Source: Nanobdellota archaeon (lineage in GTDB: Archaea; Nanobdellota; Nanobdellia; Pacearchaeales; GW2011-AR1). Taken from it: 34,858 bases of DNA. The notes under the pieces are model-generated. The model was not told where the DNA came from. It saw only the letters and a program-made list of their open reading frames with translations, and did no database searches. The stretch covers positions 1-34,858 of the forward strand of contig JBBSYA010000030.1 in the NCBI GenBank assembly GCA_038045485.1. The letters are read 5' to 3'. A program made the translations under genes and the position numbers. This document shows, piece by piece, positions 23,453 through 31,167 of the stretch (within the stretch, counting starts at the first letter, position 1; each line of letters opens with the position of its first letter).

Positions 23453-23941
23453 TTATTTCTTCTCGTCTTTTCCAACCTTAAGAACAGTAACTATAGCACC
23501 AACAATAAGTGCAATAAATATAACATTGCTAACTACTTCAGGATTGCTTTTGACATAGTCCATCATTCCAGTAATATAAAGAGCTACAGCCCCAACAGAA
23601 AGGAGTGCTATAATCCCTAAAGTCCATTTTAAACCTTCAGAATTCTTCAGCATATCTCCGCTCGTTTCTCCCCAAATAAATCCATAAAGCATTAATGCTA
23701 TAAATAAAATAAATAGGGCTATAACAAAAAAGATTACAAAATTTTGCAACCAGTCGATATATTTAGTAAAACTAATTAAAATAGCCGCAAATACAAAACC
23801 AATAATGGCATTAATCTGGTGTTTTCCGTCTCCGAGAATTTTAGATTTTTCTAAAATAGCAAAGACAAGAGTAAAAACCAATAAAAATGGCAGAATTACA
23901 TCCTGAAAAATAGCATTAGATAAAAAGGTTCCTGTAGCCAT
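23453..23941 (-). CDS. Small polytopic membrane protein, paralog of 22695-23261
   Basis: See the paralog motif above. The gene is preceded (23942-24065) by a degenerate relative of the upstream module at 3020-3131; for example, aatgtaaaaaact is identical at 24005-24017 and 3081-3093. Confidence 0.6.
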   Translation of the reverse strand: MATGTFLSNAIFQDVILPFLLVFTLVFAILEKSKILGDGKHQINAIIGFVFAAILISFTKYIDWLQNFVIFFVIALFILFIALMLYGFIWGETSGDMLKNSEGLKWTLGIIALLSVGAVALYITGMMDYVKSNPEVVSNVIFIALIVGAIVTVLKVGKDEKK

Positions 23942-24079
23942 GTTGTTTTTACTTTTTTAATTTTAGTTATTGAGAAAAACATAGATGGAAATCATAACTT
24001 CCAAAATGTAAAAAACTTAACCTAAAACTAAAAAGTGTATAGGCGTCTTTTACCTTAGTCTTCCTCTTTTTGGGGCTGA

Positions 24080-24385
24080 TTAAGCGCTTTGACCGGATAA
24101 ATCCATTGTCTCGTCTTCTGACAAGCTTTCTTTTTCAGCTACTGGTAGATTTGCGCCGTTAACTACAAAAACATCACCTATAGCCTTAACAAATGGATGA
24201 GGGATGATTACTCCTCTTGCGCCATTAAGATTTCTTGCCATGTCCTTAGACACTCTTATTCTCCAGCTGTCAATTTTGTTCTCTGCAAGAATAACTTCTT
24301 CGATTTCACCAAAGAAATCACCAATATCTGTGAACACTCTTTTTCCAAGCATAGCACTTATTTTTTTTATTCTTAACATAATCAT
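24080..24385 (-). CDS. PRC-barrel domain protein
   Basis: The sequence KISAMLGKRVFTDIGDFFGEIEEVILAENKIDSWRIRV...GVIIPHPFVKAIGDVFVV follows the small PRC-barrel pattern (s.l.Gk.V....G..lG.v.dv.i). About 100 aa. Confidence 0.6.
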   Translation of the reverse strand: MIMLRIKKISAMLGKRVFTDIGDFFGEIEEVILAENKIDSWRIRVSKDMARNLNGARGVIIPHPFVKAIGDVFVVNGANLPVAEKESLSEDETMDLSGQSA

Positions 24386-24487
24386 AAAGTAAGAGGGGGC
24401 ATTTATATAGTTTTCTATTTTTCATAGGATATATCCGTGAATAGGCTTTGACGCAAGATTTTTATACATGGATAAACTAAAACTAGT

Positions 24488-25135
24488 ATGATTACAAAAA
24501 AAGAGTATATCCCGATTATAGTTTCTATTGCTCTATTCACACTTTTACTAACCTACAACAATGAAATTTTTTCTTTCGAAAAAATTCCTCTTTATTTAAT
24601 ACTTTCAACGGCAATTATTCTAATTTCTATTTTTGCGAAAAAAATAGCTGCGAAAAAAATTCATACGGAAATTGAACATAAGATTTGGGAATTCCAAAGG
24701 TATTGGTTTAGCAAAGGAAGTCACTTAAGACATCCTGTTTTAATTGGATTTTTTCTTCCTGCGCTTCTTGGTTTTTTATCGGGTGGTGCAATTAAATTTT
24801 TAACGTTTTTAGAATTTAATTCAAAAGAATTACCAGGAAAAGCCACTAAAAGATTTGGTATAAAAAGATTTTCAACTATGCTTGAGTGGGATGACGCCCG
24901 TATTGGATTTTTTGGATTAGTAGCAGTTATGGCTTTAGCAATAATTGCAAAATTCCTAATCTCATTTCAAGCTTTTCCTTTTATCGAGCTTTCAAAATAT
25001 GCGCTATATTTTGCAATTTATAATATAATTCCCTTCAGTACGCTTGATGGAATGAAAATACTCATGGGTTCTCGCCCGCTTTACATATTCTCTCTGGGAT
25101 TATTAATCCTAACCGGATTAGTTGTATTCTTCTAA
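24488..25135 (+). CDS. Site-2-protease (M50)-like membrane protein lacking a recognisable HExxH motif
   Basis: Polytopic protein. The C-terminal M50-type motif YNIIPFSTLDGMKIL (NxxPxxxLDG) is present. Where HExxH is expected after TM1/2, the sequence reads FAKKIAAKKIHTEIEHK. Confidence 0.5.
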   Translation: MITKKEYIPIIVSIALFTLLLTYNNEIFSFEKIPLYLILSTAIILISIFAKKIAAKKIHTEIEHKIWEFQRYWFSKGSHLRHPVLIGFFLPALLGFLSGGAIKFLTFLEFNSKELPGKATKRFGIKRFSTMLEWDDARIGFFGLVAVMALAIIAKFLISFQAFPFIELSKYALYFAIYNIIPFSTLDGMKILMGSRPLYIFSLGLLILTGLVVFF

Positions 25136-25218
25136 AAAGTAGAAAATAATTCTTCTTCTACCCACACGAAACTAAACTCTAAAAATACCTCCTCCTCATC
25201 CAGTCAAATTACTACTTC

Positions 25219-25405
25219 AAATTTTCTGCACAATATAAAAAATACAATTTCTGCAGAAAATTTGTTTTGATAATCAAAAAAACAACGCGCACCACGCCAT
25301 AAATGGTGTAGTTTGAATGCGCTTGTTTTTTGGAGATAGAAAAAATCTGAAGTTGCTCAGCAAAGCAACTTCTGCGGACTAAAGTCCGCAGTTTATTTTT
25401 TCTAT
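25219..25405. repeat. Cluster of three palindromic structures upstream of hef
   Basis: (1) AAATTTTCTGCA (25219-25230) pairs with TGCAGAAAATTT (25252-25263). (2) CAAAAAAACAACGCGCA (25275-25291) pairs imperfectly with TGCGCTTGTTTTTTG (25318-25332) and encloses CACCA..TGGTG. (3) ATAGAAAAAAT (25336-25346) pairs with ATTTTTTCTAT (25395-25405). The third encloses GAAGTTGCT/AGCAACTTC and TGCGGACT-aa-AGTCCGCA, forming a three-way junction. Confidence 0.7.
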
Positions 25406-25503
25406 ATTAGGAAATCGTGAGGCATTAAAGTTTAGGAAATCCCTAAGTTTAATTATTTTCTTAGTATACAAAAATAATTAAAGACTCCTCCAAGTTTCTA
25501 TTT

Positions 25504-27075
25504 ATGCCAGATTCAACACTCCTCTCAATTAAGCCAAGAAAATATCAGCAAGAGATCTATGAATCCTGCAAGGATAAAAATTGTCTTGTAGTTCTTCCAA
25601 CAGGTATAGGAAAAACCCTTATTGCACTAATGCTCGCAATAAACCGCCAAAAAGCTTTTCCAGGAAGTAAGGTTCTCTTTTTGGCGCCAACCCGCCCACT
25701 TGCGCAACAGCATCTAGATTATTTTACCAAACATCTTCCCGAACTATTCGCAGACCTTCAATTATTTACGGGTAAAATCGAAGCGCCACAAAGGAGAAAA
25801 ATTTGGCAAACTGCGGACATAATTTTTTCAACACCCCAATGCATCGGAAACGATTTAAAAAAGCGTCTCTATGATTTAACCGAAGTTTCCCTATTAATTG
25901 AGGACGAATGTCATCGCTGTCTAAAAAATTATGCTTACACCTATGTCGCAGAACAATATAAAGAACAATCAAAGAATCCAAGAATTCTCGGCTTAACAGC
26001 ATCACCTGGAAGTGAAAGAAAAACCATAGAACAAATAGCAAAAAATCTGAATATAGAAACAATCGAACTTCGCACAAGAGACAGTGCAGATGTAAAAGAA
26101 TATCTTCAGGAATTAAATTTTGAAGTTATTCGCGTAGATTTTCCAGAGGAATTTGATAAACTTCGTAATTTATTAAAGATTATATACAATAAAAAGATTG
26201 AAGAATTAAAAAGTAGAAAACTATTATTCGGTCCGCCAATGAAAAGGATTCTTCTTGAAACTCAAGGAAGAATTATGAAAGCCATTACTTCGGGAAATCG
26301 TCATTTTAATCTTTTAGTTGGAGCTTCAATCTGCTCTCAAGCAATAAAAGTAGAACACGCCATAGAACTAATAGAAACTCAAACTCTTTCTTCAGTTTAT
26401 GAATATTTTCACAATTTATTTCAGCAAGCAAAAGAAAATCAATCAAAAGCCGTAGTCAATCTCATCAAACAGCCAGAATTTAATCAAGCGTATATTCTTC
26501 TTAATGAATTAATAGCAAAAAAAACAGAACATCCGAAACTTCTCAAGGTAAAAGAACTATTAACAGAAAGTATAAAGAATAATCCTAAGAATAAAACCAT
26601 AATCTTCACTCAATTCCGTTCAACTGCAATAAAAATCTCTCGTGAAATAAATCAAATTCCAGATGTTAAAGCAGCAGTTTTCGTTGGACAGACTATAAAA
26701 AAAATGAAATCTGGCGAAGAAGTAGGCTTATCTCAAAAAGAACAGCATGCAATGTTAAGTGAATTCAGGGAAGGAAACATTAATGCTTTAGTTGCAACAA
26801 GCATTGGTGAGGAAGGATTAGATATTCCTGAAGTTAATGGTGTTATCTTCTACGAACCTATTCCAAGTGCAATAAGAAAAATCCAGCGCGCAGGCAGAAC
26901 AGCAAGATTAATGGAGGGCAGCCTAATAATTCTCATCACTCGAGATACCCGCGACGAAGCATATTATTACGCCTCGCTTAACAAAGAGAAAAAAATGTAT
27001 TCTGCTATTAAAAGTGTTAAAGATAATCTTGATTTAAATGAGCCTGCAGAAAAGAATGCACAACAAACACTATAG
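25504..27075 (+). CDS. hef: Hef-type helicase (SF2, DEAH/FANCM-Mph1-like helicase domain only)
   Basis: SF2 motifs: I VVLPTGIGKT, II IEDECHRC, III LGLTASPGS, VI QRAGRTAR. At 523 aa it matches the helicase portion of archaeal Hef. Confidence 0.85.
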   Translation: MPDSTLLSIKPRKYQQEIYESCKDKNCLVVLPTGIGKTLIALMLAINRQKAFPGSKVLFLAPTRPLAQQHLDYFTKHLPELFADLQLFTGKIEAPQRRKIWQTADIIFSTPQCIGNDLKKRLYDLTEVSLLIEDECHRCLKNYAYTYVAEQYKEQSKNPRILGLTASPGSERKTIEQIAKNLNIETIELRTRDSADVKEYLQELNFEVIRVDFPEEFDKLRNLLKIIYNKKIEELKSRKLLFGPPMKRILLETQGRIMKAITSGNRHFNLLVGASICSQAIKVEHAIELIETQTLSSVYEYFHNLFQQAKENQSKAVVNLIKQPEFNQAYILLNELIAKKTEHPKLLKVKELLTESIKNNPKNKTIIFTQFRSTAIKISREINQIPDVKAAVFVGQTIKKMKSGEEVGLSQKEQHAMLSEFREGNINALVATSIGEEGLDIPEVNGVIFYEPIPSAIRKIQRAGRTARLMEGSLIILITRDTRDEAYYYASLNKEKKMYSAIKSVKDNLDLNEPAEKNAQQTL

Positions 27076-27320
27076 CATGAAAAAGAAAGAAACCGGTTGG
27101 AGGCTATATATTCAAGATAAAGTAGAAATTCCTAACGCAAGATGCCCACCACATCATATCCCCCACAAGATACCTTTTTTTCAGAAACCAATAACAAATG
27201 AACCCTGCCATTACCATAATCGCAGATGGAGAATGTACCATCACATCCCTTTTTGTTGGCTGTTCTGTAAACACTATAAAAAAATGATTAAAGCCTACAA
27301 GAAGGAAAAAACACTATAAA

Positions 27321-28016
27321 ATGATCTATAACATCTTCAAAAATAAAAGTGACACTCTAACTCTAAAAAAGAGTAGTAACAATATTTCTAAGCTCTCTCC
27401 TCGGATAGTTGTAGACACAAGAGAAAAAAATTCTTTAGTCATTTCAGAGTTAGTTCACAAAAATGAAGCTAAAATAATATTTCAACAGCTCGAAATTGGT
27501 GATTATTTGGTGGGAGATACAATAATTGAAAGAAAAACCTTTCAAGATTTCATAGGAAGTATGATAAACAAAAGATTAATCGAACAATTAAAACAAATGA
27601 GCAAGTACGAAAAACGTCTTCTTATCCTTGAAGGCAAAGATTTTGAATCTTTCGAAGAAAAACAGGGCAAACTTAATCCCAATGCAGTTAGGGGCATGAT
27701 TCTCTCCATCTCCTTAGAATTTCAAACACCAGTAATATTCACAAGAAATAGCGAAGAAACTGCAAAATATCTTATTCTCTTAGCTAAACGCCAATTAAAA
27801 GGAAAAACAGAATTTACTCTTCACTCTCGCAAGCCCCCAAGTATAATAGAACAAAAACAATATATTCTTGAAAGCTTTCCGGGCATCGGCCCAAAAAATG
27901 CAAAAGCTCTTCTCAAAAAATTCAGCTCAATTAAAAAGATAATTAACGCGCCACAAGAAGAACTCGAATCAGAAATAGGCAAGAAAGCAGAAGCCATAGT
28001 TAAATTGAGAGATTAA
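27321..28016 (+). CDS. ERCC4/XPF-type nuclease with a C-terminal (HhH)2 domain (the Hef nuclease portion as a separate gene)
   Basis: VVDTREKNS and the ERCC4 signature IGDYLVGDTIIERKTFQDF are present. The helix-hairpin-helix region is FPGIGPKNAKALLKKFSSIKKIINAPQEELE. Confidence 0.85.
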   Translation: MIYNIFKNKSDTLTLKKSSNNISKLSPRIVVDTREKNSLVISELVHKNEAKIIFQQLEIGDYLVGDTIIERKTFQDFIGSMINKRLIEQLKQMSKYEKRLLILEGKDFESFEEKQGKLNPNAVRGMILSISLEFQTPVIFTRNSEETAKYLILLAKRQLKGKTEFTLHSRKPPSIIEQKQYILESFPGIGPKNAKALLKKFSSIKKIINAPQEELESEIGKKAEAIVKLRD

Positions 28017-28032
28017 TATCTTAAGCAACAAA

Positions 28033-28602
28033 ATGACTAAACCCGATATAGAAAATAAAAAATTAACTCGTTGTTTCATTGCATTAGAACTCTCACGAGA
28101 AGCCATAGATAAAATTGAAGAAATTCAAAAACTTATCAAAAAGAAGAACCTTTTTTATGGAAAGTTTACTGAACCAGAAAATCTGCATTTAACCCTGAAG
28201 TTTTTAGGCGAAATCGAAGAAAACAAAATTGAAGAAATAAAAAAAGTGCTTGCTAAAATTAAATTTGGGGAATTTGAAGTAAAGTTGGGTGAAATTGGGG
28301 TTTTTATTAATAAATACAATTCTATCCTTTGGTTAAAGCTTAATGGACCCGAAATTTGGAATTTGCAAAAAGAAATTGATAATGAACTTAAGGGTATTCT
28401 CCCATTAGAAGAAAAATTCATGAGCCACATTACTATTGCAAGGATGAAAAAAATAAGCAACAAAATAGAATTTTTAGATTATATCAAAAATATTAAAGTT
28501 GAAAAAATTAAATTTTCAGTCAAACAATTTACTTTAAAAAAATCAGAACTCAAGTCGGAAGGGCCTTCCTATGAGAATCTTAAAACATTTGACTCCGATT
28601 AA
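28033..28602 (+). CDS. 2H phosphoesterase / RNA 2',3'-cyclic phosphodiesterase (LigT-like 2'-5' RNA ligase family)
   Basis: Two HxT/S motifs with the correct spacing: ENLHLTLKFLG and MSHITIARMK. Confidence 0.8.
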   Translation: MTKPDIENKKLTRCFIALELSREAIDKIEEIQKLIKKKNLFYGKFTEPENLHLTLKFLGEIEENKIEEIKKVLAKIKFGEFEVKLGEIGVFINKYNSILWLKLNGPEIWNLQKEIDNELKGILPLEEKFMSHITIARMKKISNKIEFLDYIKNIKVEKIKFSVKQFTLKKSELKSEGPSYENLKTFDSD

Positions 28603-29267
28603 GCAACTCTCGCCTTCTTTATTCTTCTTAATTCATATAATTCGCCTAGCTTTTCTTCTTTTTTAGTTCTTCCAATGGAAAAAAGTTTATGATTTTTCAA
28701 AATATCTTTTTTTATCACAAGCAATAATAAAACCCCAATTAAGCCGAGAATTGCAACACCAATAAAAACCGAATTAAAACCCAACAAAGTAACTGCAGCT
28801 CCGCCCAAAATTCCTGCTATCCCCGGTCCTAAACCTACAGCAACTGCGTCAATACCCCATTCAGTAGATTCTTTTCCCTTATCCATATGCCTTGAAAACA
28901 GCGTAGTCCATCCCGCGGTTGACATTGCAAGTGAAGCTCCTAAAATTATCTGTAAAATATAAACATGCCAAGGTAAAGAAGCATAAAGATATCCAATTGG
29001 AACAAATGCCGCAATTAATAATCCCCAAAACATTAAATGAAACGAAATTCTCTGGCTCCTGTCTGCCATAACTCCAAATGGAACTCTCAAAAGCGAACGA
29101 ACAATTAAGTTAATTCCAGCAGCCATACCAACAACAAAAGCCGTCCCACCTATTATCGAATCAAGTAAAAAAATCGCGAATATGGGTGATATTAATCCCC
29201 AACCACTATAAAAAACTAAATCTGAATATACAAGATATTTAACTATTTTGTTAAGTTTGAAATTCAT
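28599..29267 (-). CDS. Half-size (about 6 TM) MFS-like membrane protein
   Basis: 222 aa. A motif-A-like loop, PFGVMADRSQRIS, follows TM2, and the TM helices are Gly-rich. Only one six-helix bundle is present. Confidence 0.5.
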   Translation of the reverse strand: MNFKLNKIVKYLVYSDLVFYSGWGLISPIFAIFLLDSIIGGTAFVVGMAAGINLIVRSLLRVPFGVMADRSQRISFHLMFWGLLIAAFVPIGYLYASLPWHVYILQIILGASLAMSTAGWTTLFSRHMDKGKESTEWGIDAVAVGLGPGIAGILGGAAVTLLGFNSVFIGVAILGLIGVLLLLVIKKDILKNHKLFSIGRTKKEEKLGELYELRRIKKARVA

Positions 29268-29375
29268 GTTTACGTATAAGTATACCTTTTTTATAAAACA
29301 AGTAATTACGCTAAGTTTATAATACTTACTCTAAACCCCCTAACAATAAAAATTTATTTAGGAATTATTAAAATA

Positions 29376-29523
29376 GATTACGAAGCGAAGAAATTGAGCA
29401 AGAGGCGAGAATTTACATTCCAGAAAAAACAATGTTTTTTAGGGCCCCGAAAATCATTGATTTTCGCGGTAAGTAAATTAAGATAAGATAAAAATGCAAA
29501 TTCGAGAAAGATTTCTAAGCGAG
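29376..29523. repeat. Nested palindromic element (three layers) immediately downstream of the M16 peptidase stop codon
   Basis: The outer flanks match 3615-3660, with AGAAAT (29389-29394) pairing with ATTTCT (29511-29516). The next layer, GAATTTaCATT (29409-29419) pairing with AATGcAAATTC (29493-29503), matches the hairpin at 15071-15112. The innermost layer holds AAAAAAC-aat-GTTTTTT (29424-29440) and CGAAAATCA-t-TGATTTTCG (29448-29466). Confidence 0.7.
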
Positions 29524-29525
29524 TA

Positions 29526-30737
29526 TTACTTATCTTCAGGAACCAACGCTATAAAAGAATATTTGTTAATTTTAGCTAACTTTTTTACATCGGCAAGTTT
29601 AACTTTTCTTATATTTTCTTCATACCTATAGCTTCTTTTTGCATCACCCCAAACTTCATTATAAAGCAAATCTATCATCTGCCCTTGTGAATCTTCTCGC
29701 GAAATCTTACTATTACCAATAAGTTGCTCCTTAACCTGATTTAGTTCATTCTCGCTAAGAGTTTTTAATTTGGTAAACTCCTCAATAATTAATTTTTTGA
29801 CGATTTCCACCTTATCTGCAGTAGTTCCAACAAAAATAGAATTATAACCGAATCTTTTGGCACCATTATATCCGCCCTTAACAACATAAGCTAAATTTCT
29901 TTTTTCTCTTATCTCCTGAAATAATCTCGAACTCATTCCACCAGTCATTAAACAAGATAAGACTTGCGAAACATAAGATTGCTTGGTGAACGCGCGAGGG
30001 GCATGATAAGCTAAAATCAAATTCGCCTGGTCAATTCCTTTTTTTCTCTCAATTTTCTGCCCATTCTTTAACGTAATTTTTGGTTCAGGAATTTTAAATC
30101 CAGATTTTTTAAAGTTTTTCTCGGCGAATTCACATAAGCTTTTAAAATCACAATCTCCAACGACACAAAGAATTAAATTTTGGCTTCCATAGGCTTTTTG
30201 AAACTTTTCACGCATTTTTTCTCGAGTAATGGAGTTCATTGATTTCTCTGTTCCTATTAAATCATGTCCAAGATTTCCTGCGTAAAGCAAGCCCTGAATT
30301 TTATCAGTAATAAATATACTTGGAACATCACGCCGCATTTTCATTTCTTCAAAGATAACTAACCTTTCCTTATTCATTTCATCCTCATCAAAAAGGGGAT
30401 TGAGAATCATATCACTCAAAACATCCAAAGCCATATCTAAATGTTTACTCGGCATCTTGCACCAGAAAGCTGTAAGTTCTTCTTCAGTAAAACCATTTAG
30501 AATTCCTCCGTTTTTTTCAATATCCTCTGAAATTTGCTTAGGCGTTCTATTCTTGGTGCTTCTATAAAGCATGTGTTCGATAAAATGAGAAATTCCTTTT
30601 TCTTCTTCTGCTTCATGCAACCCGCCATGCTGAACCGCAATAGCAACACTCACAACACCCGACCATTTTCTCTCTTCAAAAATAACAGTCATACCATTTT
30701 TAAGTATTTTCTTAAAGAATCGCGGTTTTTCAATCAT
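29526..30737 (-). CDS. M16 (pitrilysin/insulinase) family zinc peptidase
   Basis: The inverted zinc motif HxxEH occurs in GISHFIEHMLYRST. 403 aa, consistent with a two-domain M16 architecture. Confidence 0.85.
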   Translation of the reverse strand: MIEKPRFFKKILKNGMTVIFEERKWSGVVSVAIAVQHGGLHEAEEEKGISHFIEHMLYRSTKNRTPKQISEDIEKNGGILNGFTEEELTAFWCKMPSKHLDMALDVLSDMILNPLFDEDEMNKERLVIFEEMKMRRDVPSIFITDKIQGLLYAGNLGHDLIGTEKSMNSITREKMREKFQKAYGSQNLILCVVGDCDFKSLCEFAEKNFKKSGFKIPEPKITLKNGQKIERKKGIDQANLILAYHAPRAFTKQSYVSQVLSCLMTGGMSSRLFQEIREKRNLAYVVKGGYNGAKRFGYNSIFVGTTADKVEIVKKLIIEEFTKLKTLSENELNQVKEQLIGNSKISREDSQGQMIDLLYNEVWGDAKRSYRYEENIRKVKLADVKKLAKINKYSFIALVPEDK

Positions 30738-30789
30738 CTTTTCCTCTTTTCCATTTTCTTTTTTTTACTCCATTTTGAAAAAAGAAAAA

Positions 30790-30861
30790 TCAGAAATTCT
30801 TCGAATTTCTGAGCATTAAAAAGCTTGTTTGTCAAAGCGAAGCTTTTATCTGCTTTTTAAT
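30790..30861. repeat. Structured palindromic module, short form, upstream of the M16 peptidase gene
   Basis: Hairpin: TCAGAAATTC-ttc-GAATTTCTGA (30790-30812). Outer stem: ATTAAAAAGC (30815-30824) pairs with GCTTTTTAAT (30852-30861). Inner hairpin: AAAGC-GAA-GCTTT (30834-30846). An alternative pairing is AAAAGCTT (30819-30826) with AAGCTTTT (30840-30847). Confidence 0.55.
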
Positions 30862-30944
30862 TCTTCTTTCTATGAGTACCTAAAAACAAAGATATTTAAA
30901 TAACTTTAGCTTGGGTAAATCAGTAACAAAAAGGAGGTTTAAAA

Positions 30945-31103
30945 ATGGGAAAAGTAGGTGCAACAGTATTAGCTATAATCGCTGTGTTGCTTTTATTAAC
31001 AGCTGGCGGAATAAGCCTTGGCTCAGTTGTTGATACTTGGGCAATACCAATACTGGTTTTAATTTGGGCAATAGCCAAATTAAAAGTAAATTTCGTGAAG
31101 TAA
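30945..31103 (+). CDS. Small membrane protein (52 aa) with a strong Shine-Dalgarno sequence, not in the ORF track
   Basis: AAAGGAGGTTTAAAAATG places GGAGG 8 nt upstream of the ATG. Translation: MGKVGATVLAIIAVLLLLTAGGISLGSVVDTWAIPILVLIWAIAKLKVNFVK, with two TM helices. It is preferred over the antisense 63-aa ORF at 30920-31111. Confidence 0.5.
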   Translation: MGKVGATVLAIIAVLLLLTAGGISLGSVVDTWAIPILVLIWAIAKLKVNFVK

Positions 31104-31167
31104 AACTTCAAATTTTATGTTTATTTTTTTTAACTTAAAGAATTAAAATTTCTGCCGCGAAATTTTT

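Noticed and set aside
25766-26077. 103-aa antisense ORF inside the Hef helicase gene. Similar antisense ORFs occur at 1803-2069, 2664-3005, 7845-8045, 8478-8720, 11141-11350, 11625-11876, 12907-13113, 14061-14249, 14503-14709, 17465-17653, 17544-17729, 21534-21773, 22945-23136, 24204-24392, 28155-28463, 30534-30812 and 33772-34068.
   Set aside because: All lie wholly or largely within longer ORFs on the opposite strand that carry recognisable motifs or coherent membrane topology. Their translations are low-complexity and biased toward F/L/I/S/N.
27038-27319. 93-aa ORF filling the gap between the Hef helicase and nuclease genes
   Set aside because: Its composition (many H, C, W, P and R, e.g. 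CPPHHIPHKIPFF..CHYHNRRWRMYHHIPFCW) is unlike every other protein in the window. It also overlaps the helicase 3' end in another frame and has no start context. I treat it as non-coding spacer, which is discussed as a finding.
27065-27321. Possibility that frameshifting or excision between the AAACACTATA repeats fuses the helicase and nuclease ORFs
   Set aside because: Deleting between repeat copies 1 and 3 (244 nt) does not bring the two frames together. Deleting between copies 1 and 2 (204 nt) still leaves a stop (CTA TAA). The nuclease frame has an in-frame TGA at 27285-27287. No simple recoding or splicing model works from the sequence alone.
30920-31111. 63-aa reverse-strand ORF
   Set aside because: It is antisense to a better-supported plus-strand small ORF with a GGAGG ribosome-binding site. 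It has no start context of its own.
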